From Ignavibacteria bacterium (lineage in GTDB: Bacteria > Bacteroidota > Ignavibacteria > UBA10030 > SZUA-254), in contig JANNFI010000080.1 of the NCBI GenBank assembly GCA_031379665.1, positions 31,376 to 95,375 of the forward strand: a stretch of DNA of 64,000 nt, read 5' to 3'. Under the pieces are notes generated by a model, which ran no database searches, was not told where the DNA came from, and saw only the letters and a list, made by a program, of their open reading frames with translations. The translations under genes and the position numbers were made by a program. Numbering within the stretch: position 1 is the first letter of the stretch; each line of letters starts with the position of its first letter. Of this stretch, positions 1 through 8,300 are shown piece by piece.

Positions 1-1
1 A

Positions 2-154
2 TCGGTCAATTCCACTGAGGCGGGGAGAGCGGGGATGCTCGAGGAATCGCACGGAAACATGAACGAGGTCGCCCGGAAGATGGACGTGGACCGGAAGACC
101 ATCTACCGAAAGATTTCGGAATTCGGCATCGACGTCCAGGTATTCAAGGGGTGA
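2..154 (+). CDS. 3' end of a sigma-54-dependent (NtrC/Fis-type) transcriptional regulator; only the C-terminal HTH lies in the window
   Basis: Frame 2 reads ...HGNMNEVARKMDVDRKTIYRKISEFGIDVQVFKG and stops at TGA 152-154. The A(R/K)x(L/M)xVxRKT(I/L)YRKI pattern is the Fis-type HTH tail of NtrC-family activators. Confidence 0.55.
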   Translation, partial: SVNSTEAGRAGMLEESHGNMNEVARKMDVDRKTIYRKISEFGIDVQVFKG

Positions 155-202
155 CTCCTCGTCAAAAGGTTTTACGATGCGGGCAGGGTTTTTGCGTCGC
201 CA

Positions 203-553
203 TCAGCGGAGAACCGTGACGTGCGAAGCGACGAAACCATCCACGTGCAGATGTCCAACCAGCTCGAGCACAACCGCGTCAGCAATTTCCGGTGGTGCCG
301 GATCGTGGAGGTTGATTTTCACAACCACGTCGTCCTTGTCCGACCCATAAAAGGATGTGATTCTCCCGTCCCCGTCTTTTACGATCGCTTTCGATTTCAC
401 GATGGCGACATTGATGTCCTGATTGATCTCGCTGTTGGTGCTAAACTTGCTGAAGGCGCCTAATTCGTCTGTCGGTTTGATGAAGCTGTAATACACCGAT
501 CCAACGACGGTGAGAGATATCAGCGCGATCATGAGCCTTGAAATTGGTTTCAT
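203..553 (-). CDS. small N-terminally membrane-anchored protein; topology is reminiscent of CcmE-like OB-fold proteins but no heme-binding motif was seen
   Basis: ATG at 551-553 is preceded by GGAG. It has an N-terminal TM helix (LMIALISLTVVGSVYY), a beta-rich remainder and coding-like third-position bias. Confidence 0.55.
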   Translation of the reverse strand: MKPISRLMIALISLTVVGSVYYSFIKPTDELGAFSKFSTNSEINQDINVAIVKSKAIVKDGDGRITSFYGSDKDDVVVKINLHDPAPPEIADAVVLELVGHLHVDGFVASHVTVLR

Positions 554-590
554 GAAGGTACTCCATGGATTATTGGAATTAGGTCGACCC

Positions 591-1271
591 TTACCTCAGG
601 AGAACGAGTTTCCTCGTTTCCGTGAAGTCGCCGGCCATCAGCCGATAGAAATACACGCCGCTCGATAACCTGCCCGCGTCGAACCCGACCGATTTGTATC
701 CCGGCTCCTGGACCCCGTTCACGAGCGTCGCGACCTCCCTGCCGAGCGCGTCATAGACCCGCAGCGTGACGTAAGTCTGTTCCGGCACCTGGTACCTGAC
801 CGTGGTGACCGGGTTGAACGGGTTCGGGTAGTTTTGCCGAAGGAGGAATTCACCGGGAAGGACGGTCGGTTCGTCGACATCCACGCCGGTGATGATGCCG
901 TCGACATCGGTCTTGACGAGGTACACATCCAGGTTGATGGCCCCGAGAGAGAGGATCGATCCCGCGACGACGTACCCGCCGTCGGACGTCTGATGTACCG
1001 ACGAACCCTGCTCGCTGGCGGTGTCTCCGTGGGTCCGCGTCCAGAGCGTGTCCCCCGACGCATTCGTCCTGATGAGATACACTTCGCCACGTGAATATCC
1101 GGCGACGATGTATCCGCTGTCGGACGTCTGCCGTACGGAATATCCCGCATCCCCCATCGGACTCCCGTAGATCCGTTGAAACCCGGTTTGAGCCGGCACC
1201 GGAATGACGCCCGCGGTGAAGGTCCACCGGAACCCTGTACACGCGATCAGGAAAAACCTTGGGTTGGGCAT
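591..1271 (-). CDS. secreted T9SS cargo protein with SD(S/G)GY(I/V)VAG repeats
   Basis: The C-terminus LRQNYPNPFNPVTTVRYQVPEQTYVTLRVYDALGREVATLVNG...GVYFYRLMAGDFTETRKLVLLR is a T9SS type-A sorting domain pattern. I chose the internal ATG 1269-1271 because it follows AAGGTGG and removes the overlap with the upstream gene. The longer ORF runs to 1406. Confidence 0.75.
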   Translation of the reverse strand: MPNPRFFLIACTGFRWTFTAGVIPVPAQTGFQRIYGSPMGDAGYSVRQTSDSGYIVAGYSRGEVYLIRTNASGDTLWTRTHGDTASEQGSSVHQTSDGGYVVAGSILSLGAINLDVYLVKTDVDGIITGVDVDEPTVLPGEFLLRQNYPNPFNPVTTVRYQVPEQTYVTLRVYDALGREVATLVNGVQEPGYKSVGFDAGRLSSGVYFYRLMAGDFTETRKLVLLR

Positions 1272-1312
1272 ACAACCACCTTTCTGTCCTGGGATAATGA
1301 GGGATTGCGATA

Positions 1313-2362
1313 CTATCGGACCAGGACGAGCCTCCTGGATTCCACGTAATCGCCGGACTGCATCCGACAGACGTAGACGCCGGTCGGGAACGCCGATCCG
1401 TCCCACTCAACCGAGTATCTCCCCGGCGCGAGCCGTTCCGCAACGAGGGTCGAGAGCTCGCGGCCCAGCAGATCATAGACCTTCAGGCTCACGAACGCGT
1501 TCCCCACGGCCGAGAATTGAATTGTGGTCGAGGGATTGAACGGGTTGGGGTAATTTTGATCGAGGGCAAATCCGGTCGGCAGAGTGCCGCCCGGGACCTC
1601 CTTCACGGACGTCGCGCTTGCCGGGAGACTCCACGAAATATTGCTGATGCTGATCGTGCCGGTCTGGGGCTGGTTCGTGTCGGACGGAGACACGTTGACG
1701 GAAGCGCCCTCTTTCGTAAGGAACTGGTAGGAGATGAACCGGAACGAGTTGGTGCTTGACGTCGAGCGCCTGTCGGTTTTCAGCCGCAACGCCTGGTAGA
1801 CGGCACCGCCGGGGAGCGTGAGAGTGCCGTACGCCTCCACGGAATTTTCGGCGACGTGGTTGTTGAGGCTCATATAGGTCGTCCCCGAAATGGTGACGTA
1901 GCTCGATTCGGCATATGTCGCGGTCCAGGACGATCCCATCGTCAGCGGCAATTGGTTGATGACCTGGGGAGGGATCTGCTTCGTCCGGATCTCGGTGGGT
2001 GGCGGCTGACCATAGCCGAGAAACTCGAGGTTGGTGGCGAGCTTGTAATAGGAATACCCGCTCCCGGCCCTGATGGCGTGCGTCGCGCCGGGATAGAAAC
2101 CGATCATCGACGTCGTGTCCGGGTCGACGGGGGCGGAGAACAGCGTCATGCCTGCCGTAAGCCCGCTGAAATCCCAAGAGTTGGACCCAAGGGTGCCGAT
2201 ATCGGTCGTGTGGGTGCCCGTGTCGAGCCTCGTGGTGCTCACGTTTCCCGGGGTGAAGTAGGTGCCCGCGTCGACTGCAGTGATGACGATTTGCCCGGCC
2301 GCCGGGATCACAGCGACGAGCCCGATGCCCATCGAGAGAACGAATTGTAGAAAATGTTTCAT
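1313..2362 (-). CDS. secreted T9SS cargo protein of unknown function
   Basis: Signal peptide MKHFLQFVLSMGIGLVAVIPAAGQ, AGGAGA upstream of ATG 2360-2362, and C-terminal LDQNYPNPFNPSTTIQF...GVYVCRMQSGDYVESRRLVLVR sorting domain. Confidence 0.8.
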   Translation of the reverse strand: MKHFLQFVLSMGIGLVAVIPAAGQIVITAVDAGTYFTPGNVSTTRLDTGTHTTDIGTLGSNSWDFSGLTAGMTLFSAPVDPDTTSMIGFYPGATHAIRAGSGYSYYKLATNLEFLGYGQPPPTEIRTKQIPPQVINQLPLTMGSSWTATYAESSYVTISGTTYMSLNNHVAENSVEAYGTLTLPGGAVYQALRLKTDRRSTSSTNSFRFISYQFLTKEGASVNVSPSDTNQPQTGTISISNISWSLPASATSVKEVPGGTLPTGFALDQNYPNPFNPSTTIQFSAVGNAFVSLKVYDLLGRELSTLVAERLAPGRYSVEWDGSAFPTGVYVCRMQSGDYVESRRLVLVR

Positions 2363-2418
2363 GACGAGTCTCCTGTCTTGTTGGTGGTGGTACCGGTGAT
2401 GATGAAATCGAATTCGAG

Positions 2419-3240
2419 TTACTCTTTCACGGCAATGATCTCGACCATCGGAGGTGAACAGAAAAACGCGCCCGGATCATTCGACCGCTGGTCCCAATCC
2501 CGCACGAGGGCCTTGTGTTCCTCCGTCGTCATCCTTCCCTCCTCCACGAGCTTCGGCGCGTAGGTCTCGATGAAAATCGTCGGCCAGGTCCAGAGCTGTG
2601 AATGCGGACGGGCGACGCGGTGGAGGGGGCGTATTTCCCTCAGAGTCAATCCGTACTTCGTGAGCAGGGCGGGTAACCGCAGCCCCACTTTCGTATCGCC
2701 GCCCCTCTCATTCCACGCCACAGATACGACACTGACGAAGCGAAGAAACGCCTTGCTCTCAGGCGAGAGCAGTATCCCCTCATAGTTCATATAGTCCTGG
2801 ATCGCAAACACGCCTCCGGGCTTGAGCGCCTTCGCAACACCGCGTACTACCGCCTCGGGGTCCGGCACGAAGCAGAGCACCCAGCGCTGGTAGGCCGCAT
2901 CGATGCTGTTCGCCGGCAGGTCGAGCTTCTGCACGTCGCCCACGCGGGCGTCGATCGGAATATCGATGTCGTGCCGGAGCCGCGCCTTCAGGTGTTCGAT
3001 GAAACGGGTCGATTCGTCGATCGCGATCACCCTTCCCTTCGACGTGACGACTCCGGCCAGGTCATAGCTCGTGTACCCGGGGCCGGAGCCGATGTCGAGG
3101 ACGGTCTTTCCGGCGCTGATGCCCGCCCGCTCCCAGATCGCGAAGGCGGACGAGCTCCAGAGCTTGTGTTGAACGCCGAGCCGGACAATTTCAGCGTCAT
3201 TGGTTCCGAGGGCGTATTCTCGTGGTTCGGTTTGGGTCAT
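2419..3240 (-). CDS. class I SAM-dependent methyltransferase
   Basis: SAM-binding motif I VLDIGSGPGYTSYDLA, followed by the acidic-loop IAIDES and a post-I region. The ATG overlaps the stop of the upstream lipoprotein gene as ATGA (3237-3240). Confidence 0.8.
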   Translation of the reverse strand: MTQTEPREYALGTNDAEIVRLGVQHKLWSSSAFAIWERAGISAGKTVLDIGSGPGYTSYDLAGVVTSKGRVIAIDESTRFIEHLKARLRHDIDIPIDARVGDVQKLDLPANSIDAAYQRWVLCFVPDPEAVVRGVAKALKPGGVFAIQDYMNYEGILLSPESKAFLRFVSVVSVAWNERGGDTKVGLRLPALLTKYGLTLREIRPLHRVARPHSQLWTWPTIFIETYAPKLVEEGRMTTEEHKALVRDWDQRSNDPGAFFCSPPMVEIIAVKE

Positions 3241-3764
3241 TCTTCTTCAGATTGTATGATTGACGAGAGTGAATCATGAGGAAAAACGAAAACAGGATCA
3301 CCACCCTCCGTGATGACAAACAGCGTCATGATTACTGCACCCGTGACGGCGCCAATGGCCATACCCCTCTGACCCGGGGTTCCCTCTCCTAGCGTGTATG
3401 TCCACCCGCTTCCAATTTGCCAACCTATCAGCCCCCCGAGCACGATTCCACATCCAACAAAAGCCATTCCTTCCACAAACGTGGTGGGCACTACCACGAG
3501 CTGCTGAATCTTGGTCACAGGAACCTTGACCAATCTGCCGCTTGATACCTCCGTCCACGATGCTGAATCTCCATCGAGATAAAACATTTTTGCGGTTGTC
3601 GTTTGATCCCCATCAGATGTGACAGTAACTTCGTGGCTTTTGACTCTCCTATTGACCCCTTCGAAAGACATAGTCTCCCCCTGCCCGGCGGGTGTCACCA
3701 GGTGTGTTGAACTGCATCCCGGAAGCGTGAGAGAAAGGATGATAACCAGGATTTTGACTTTCAA
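3237..3764 (-). CDS. small lipoprotein with C-terminal glycine-zipper membrane segments, unknown function
   Basis: Lipobox LSLTLPGC, TTG start at 3762-3764, and a Gly-rich C-terminus (GCGIVLGGLIGWQIGSGW...GMAIGAVTGAV). G+C is noticeably lower than in the flanks. Confidence 0.55.
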   Translation of the reverse strand: MKVKILVIILSLTLPGCSSTHLVTPAGQGETMSFEGVNRRVKSHEVTVTSDGDQTTTAKMFYLDGDSASWTEVSSGRLVKVPVTKIQQLVVVPTTFVEGMAFVGCGIVLGGLIGWQIGSGWTYTLGEGTPGQRGMAIGAVTGAVIMTLFVITEGGDPVFVFPHDSLSSIIQSEEE

Positions 3765-3879
3765 GCGAGCATCCTTACTAACTTATGAAGAACGGGTCAC
3801 AGAGCGGCTGATTAGTGAAGGGGAAGAACGTCGAAAAATGTACGGCGAATTATTGTGAAGGGCAACACGCAATCGATGC

Positions 3880-6246
3880 CTAATCCCCCTCCACCCCCGA
3901 CTCGGTGATCTTCCGCAGTTCCCGCACCTTCCTGAAGAATTCCGGCAGGGCCATTTCCCTGAGGAAGATCATCCCCCGGGCGGCGCGCAGGCGCGGGTGG
4001 TCGTGCTTCAGGAAGTAATCGTCGCCGAGACAGGTCTTGGCCGCGGCGTACTGCTCGACCTGGATCCGGCGCGCGAGCTCGGAGAACGGCCCGTCGTGCT
4101 CATAACTTGGGAACGACGCCGAGCGCTGCGAACCGAAACAGGTCATAAAGGCGGTATGCAACAACGATAGCGAGTTCAGCGACACCGGCACATACAAATT
4201 GGCTTCGGCCGGCCTGAAACGGTACCAGACGTTCCGGTATCCCCAAACCCTCACGTCCTTCCCGCCGTCATTATCGGCGTACAGTTTCAACGCGGCCGCG
4301 ACAGCCCTCAGGGCCTTGTAGTGCGTGTCGGGCCCGCTTCCTTCGGGGTCGAACGCGACCGTGACCACCCCGGGGCGGATGTCGCGGATGTATTCGTAAA
4401 TCGGCGCGGCATCCCGCCCGGTCTCCGGTTCGGGCGAGAAAATATCCCCCGTATAGAATCCGAGCCGGAGGGGGCGAATGGCGGAGGCCTCGATCCCGAA
4501 GTAGGCCCAGAGGAGCTCGACTTCCCACTCGCGAACCGTGCCCTTCAGGGTTTGAATGTCGGGCGGGTCCTTCGCACCAGGGTAGGTCGACGTGAAGTAG
4601 TCGTGGAGTACACCGACCTTCGACGAGAGTTCACTCATCCCGGAAATACCGTAGACCTCGACCAGGCTCCGGACGAGTCTGTACGCCTCGGCGCGTTCCT
4701 GCATCAGCGGGTCTCCCGCCGCCACGCCGTCAAGATAGAGGTAGACGTCGGCCATCCGGTGCTTGACGTCCGCGGGGTCGAAATAACCTTCGGCGTGCCG
4801 GCGACGCAGCTCGAGGTCGCCGGAATATTTCTCGAGCTTCATCACCTGCGCGAGCATATAGGCGTTCGTCACCGAGGTGAACCCCGATGTGAGGTTCGCG
4901 AAATGGTGCACGTTGCTCGCGTCGCGCACGAGGTGGTAGATGTGCGCGAGGTAGGCGAGCATAATATCGTCGTGGTGCGGCTCGGTGTGGAGGAAGACCG
5001 TGTCGGAGACGTGGCGAAGCCCGCCGGCAATCTTGTCGATCATCCTGGAACGGGCGTCCATCCCGGCAGTCCCCGCCCTGTCCCCCAGTTTGTCGAGGAG
5101 GAGGGAACCGAACCGGTCGGCCCTGAGGTCGGCGTCGGTGATCGCGTGCAACGGTATTTCCTCACCGAGCGAGATGCCTGTGGCGATGTCATCGGCACTC
5201 TCTTCGTCGAACCGTTCGAGGGCGGCGAGGTCGGCGTAACGCCGTTCGGTGAGCCCCGATGCGGCGCCGCGCGTCAGGTAGAAGCGGGCCCCTTCCAGAT
5301 CCTGGAGGACCGAGGCCGGGGCCTGAGGGCTCTTCGGCTCCTGGATGGCCCGCGCCACGACGGCCGCCTTCGCTTCGCCGGCGGCGACGATGATCGCCGT
5401 GCAATGGGGGTTGTAGGTGATCGTTTCGAGGCCGATCGTGATGACCAACCGGCTCCTGGAGATCTCGATCCCCCCCAGGTCGGTGGCGGCGGCGGCCTGT
5501 GTTTCGTAATTGGTGCCGGTGAGACGGGTGACGGAGAAAAATCCCGAGCCCCGGACGTTAAAGGCGAGGTGCCCGTCCGGGCCGATGCCGCCGAGGAAGA
5601 ACCCGATTCCGCCCATATCCCGGATTTTCGCTTCGTAGGCAGAGCAAAATTCGTCGACGCGGTTGATCGCATCCTTCTGCGCCCGTTCCTGCTCGTTGCG
5701 CAGGTGCCTCGTCCGCAGCGAGAGGTCGACGACGCCGTCGGGGAACACCTCCGCCATCGTCGTCTCCGTGGGCAGGCCGAGCGACGTCGAGTCGATCAGG
5801 AGCGAGCGCGACGGGTCGAATCCAAATCCGTCGATGTAGAATTCCCTGACGTAGTGGTTGAAGCTGTTGTGCTGGCGGGCGTCGATCGGGTAGAATTCGT
5901 CGACCTGGACGAACGACAGGCCGCGCATCTCCGGAGGGCGCGGCGAACCGATGCCGTATTCCTCCATCAGCGAGCGCGCGTCCTTCCGGGACCAGTTGGC
6001 CAGCAGGTGGCGCACCCACTTGATGAAGTATTCCGGGGTCTTCCCGGTGGGGAGCGCGACCACACCGCCGGGATTCTTCAGCGCCCACTCGACGAACCGT
6101 AACGCCGCAAGCCGGCCGAGGGAGGGGAAATTCTCGACCTCGACGACCCTGATCTTCTCGACCGGGGGATAGATGATCTTGTGCGCGCCGTGGGAGAGCT
6201 CGCGTTCCTCGACGGTGGAGGACGCATCGTATTGCCGGATGGCCAT
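3880..6246 (-). CDS. long-form glucosamine-6-phosphate deaminase-like protein fused to an LmbE/PIG-L-like deacetylase domain
   Basis: N-terminal NagB-like motifs (LPTGKTPEYF, FVQVDEFYP, LGGIGPDGHLAFNVRGS). C-terminal half has PIG-L-like motifs (HTEPHHDDIML ... FDPEGSGPDTHYKA). ATG 6244-6246 lies 1 nt after the araH-like TAA. The ORF-track start at 6273 is TTG. Confidence 0.8.
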   Translation of the reverse strand: MAIRQYDASSTVEERELSHGAHKIIYPPVEKIRVVEVENFPSLGRLAALRFVEWALKNPGGVVALPTGKTPEYFIKWVRHLLANWSRKDARSLMEEYGIGSPRPPEMRGLSFVQVDEFYPIDARQHNSFNHYVREFYIDGFGFDPSRSLLIDSTSLGLPTETTMAEVFPDGVVDLSLRTRHLRNEQERAQKDAINRVDEFCSAYEAKIRDMGGIGFFLGGIGPDGHLAFNVRGSGFFSVTRLTGTNYETQAAAATDLGGIEISRSRLVITIGLETITYNPHCTAIIVAAGEAKAAVVARAIQEPKSPQAPASVLQDLEGARFYLTRGAASGLTERRYADLAALERFDEESADDIATGISLGEEIPLHAITDADLRADRFGSLLLDKLGDRAGTAGMDARSRMIDKIAGGLRHVSDTVFLHTEPHHDDIMLAYLAHIYHLVRDASNVHHFANLTSGFTSVTNAYMLAQVMKLEKYSGDLELRRRHAEGYFDPADVKHRMADVYLYLDGVAAGDPLMQERAEAYRLVRSLVEVYGISGMSELSSKVGVLHDYFTSTYPGAKDPPDIQTLKGTVREWEVELLWAYFGIEASAIRPLRLGFYTGDIFSPEPETGRDAAPIYEYIRDIRPGVVTVAFDPEGSGPDTHYKALRAVAAALKLYADNDGGKDVRVWGYRNVWYRFRPAEANLYVPVSLNSLSLLHTAFMTCFGSQRSASFPSYEHDGPFSELARRIQVEQYAAAKTCLGDDYFLKHDHPRLRAARGMIFLREMALPEFFRKVRELRKITESGVEGD

Positions 6247-6247
6247 C

Positions 6248-7192
6248 TTATTCTTTCCTTTTGATACGATCAAGGATCACTGCGGCCAGGAGGATCAGCC
6301 CGCTCGCGACGTATTGATAGAATGGTTGAATGTTCAGGAGGTTCATCGCGTTCTGCACCGTCCCCATAATCAGCACCCCGACGATCACCCCGCCGATGGT
6401 GCCGACGCCGCCGGTGAGCGACACACCGCCGAGCACACACGCCGAAATCACCTGGAGCTCGAGGCCCTGCCCGGAGGCCGGCTGGCCGCTCGTCATCCTC
6501 GAGGCGAGTATCACGCCGGCGAAGGCCGCGACGATCCCCTGCATCACGAAGATGGTGACCTTGATCGATGGGACCCGGATCCCGGCGAGCCACGCCGCGT
6601 CCCTGTTCCCGCCGATCGCGAGCGCGTACCGCCCGAAGACCGTCCGGTTCAGCAACACGCCGAAGAGGACAAAACAGGCAGTCATTATCAGGACCGGCGT
6701 CGGGACGCCGAGGACGTCGGAGATGCCGAGCGAGAAGAACGATTCCTCGCGGATGCCGACCGCCTTTCCGTCGGAGACGATGTAGGAAAACCCGCGCACC
6801 ACCTGCATCGTGGCGAGCGTTGTGATGAGGGCGTTGATACCGATTCGCGCGATGACGACGCCGTTCACGAGCCCCACGAGCGCGCCGGCCGCCAGCGCGG
6901 AGAGGACCCCGATGACGACACTCCCGGTGGCGTTGATGACGACGGCGCAGAGGACCCCGGCGAACGCCACCACCGAGCCGACCGAGAGGTCGAAGTCACC
7001 GGCGGCCAGACAGAAGAGCATCGTGCAGGCGATGATCCCCACCGTCGCGACAGAGAGGGCAAGGCCGTTGAGGTTGACCCAGCTGAAGAAGTTCGGGACG
7101 AAGAACGAGACGAGGGCGAAGAGGATGAAGAACACGGCGATCATTCCAGTATTCCTCCAGAGGGCACCGAGAGCGGTCACGGGGGCGGTCAT
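6248..7192 (-). CDS. araH: CUT2-family sugar ABC transporter permease, AraH-like
   Basis: Collinear with E. coli AraH as I recall it (MLFCLAAGDFDLSVGSV, INALITTLATMQVVRG, ILASRMTSGQP, ISACVLGGVSLTGG, ILLAAVILDR). Confidence 0.8.
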   Translation of the reverse strand: MTAPVTALGALWRNTGMIAVFFILFALVSFFVPNFFSWVNLNGLALSVATVGIIACTMLFCLAAGDFDLSVGSVVAFAGVLCAVVINATGSVVIGVLSALAAGALVGLVNGVVIARIGINALITTLATMQVVRGFSYIVSDGKAVGIREESFFSLGISDVLGVPTPVLIMTACFVLFGVLLNRTVFGRYALAIGGNRDAAWLAGIRVPSIKVTIFVMQGIVAAFAGVILASRMTSGQPASGQGLELQVISACVLGGVSLTGGVGTIGGVIVGVLIMGTVQNAMNLLNIQPFYQYVASGLILLAAVILDRIKRKE

Positions 7193-7223
7193 CGGTCAGC
7201 GGTTATCGATCTGCGATCGGCGC

Positions 7224-8300
7224 TCAGCGGAGTCCCTGTTCGGCGAGAACCTGCGTGAACGTGTCGCGGGTGATCAGGATGCCCGTCGTGTATGTTTCGC
7301 GGGGCGGTTCGACGCCGTCTTTCACCCAGCGATACATCATCTCGGCGGTGTCGAACCCGTGCCGCTTCGGCGCGAGCAGGATCGACGCGAAAAATCCGGT
7401 CGGCGTAGTCTTTTCGAATTCGGCGATGCAGTCGGTGCCGTTGATGCCGATCGCGATCACGTTCGAGGCGTCGTACCCACGGCCCTCCATCGCCCGGACC
7501 GCGCCGAGCACGGCGTTGTCGTTGTTGCCGCAGACGAGCCAGCGTTTTACGCCAGCGCGCCGGACCAGGAGCGAGTTCACCGCGTCAAACGCGCCGGGGA
7601 TGTCGGCCACGCGCTGTGGAGCCTTGAAGACGTTCTCCGCCGGGAACCCGGCCCCGGTGAGCGCCGCGATCGCGCCGTCGGTGCGTTCGCGGGTCGTCTG
7701 GAGCTCTTCCCACGTCGCCGCGCAGAGGGCCGTTTCCTTCGGGTCCCAGCCCCGCTTCTTCATCTCGGCGAAGAGGGCAAGGCCGACGACCCGGCCGATT
7801 TCGGCCGCGGAGATACCGAGGTGGGGGACCTCCGTAATGAAGGCGCCGTCGGCGGAGACGAACCGGTCGTCCACACTCATCACCTTGAGCCCTTGCGCGC
7901 GCGCCTTCGCGACGATCGATGGACCGAGGCGGACATCGGGAGCGCAGATCACGAAGCCCTTCGCCCCCTGCGCCGCCAGGTTGTCGATCGCAGAAAGAAC
8001 TTTTTCGCCGTCGGTCGCGCCGATCTTTATCAGTTCGAAGCCGAACGAATCCGCGCACTGCTGGGCGAACTTCCACTCGTTCTGGAACCAGGGTTCGTCG
8101 GGCTGCTTCACGAGGAAGCCGATCTTCACTTTCTCTACTCCTGATTGAGAGTTCTGGTCGGAGCCGTCGCGGCCGGTGCACCCGGTGAAGAAGGCCGCCG
8201 CGCCGAGCGCCAAGACCAGGGCGATGGGGAGGGATTGTCGTACCGTTCGTCGCATGTTCGCTTGTCGTTCAATGATAGTGAATCGCCGCAGGTCGTTCAT
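7224..8300 (-). CDS. araF: periplasmic sugar-binding lipoprotein, AraF-like
   Basis: Strong collinear match to E. coli AraF as I recall it (KIGFLVKQPDEPWFQNEWKFA, GEKVLSAIDNLAAQGAKGFVICAPD, IVAKARA, DIPGAFDA, IGINGTD). Lipobox FFTGC. Start taken as ATG 8298-8300, which overlaps the GH27 stop as ATGA. ATG 8253-8255 is the alternative. Confidence 0.85.
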   Translation of the reverse strand: MNDLRRFTIIERQANMRRTVRQSLPIALVLALGAAAFFTGCTGRDGSDQNSQSGVEKVKIGFLVKQPDEPWFQNEWKFAQQCADSFGFELIKIGATDGEKVLSAIDNLAAQGAKGFVICAPDVRLGPSIVAKARAQGLKVMSVDDRFVSADGAFITEVPHLGISAAEIGRVVGLALFAEMKKRGWDPKETALCAATWEELQTTRERTDGAIAALTGAGFPAENVFKAPQRVADIPGAFDAVNSLLVRRAGVKRWLVCGNNDNAVLGAVRAMEGRGYDASNVIAIGINGTDCIAEFEKTTPTGFFASILLAPKRHGFDTAEMMYRWVKDGVEPPRETYTTGILITRDTFTQVLAEQGLR

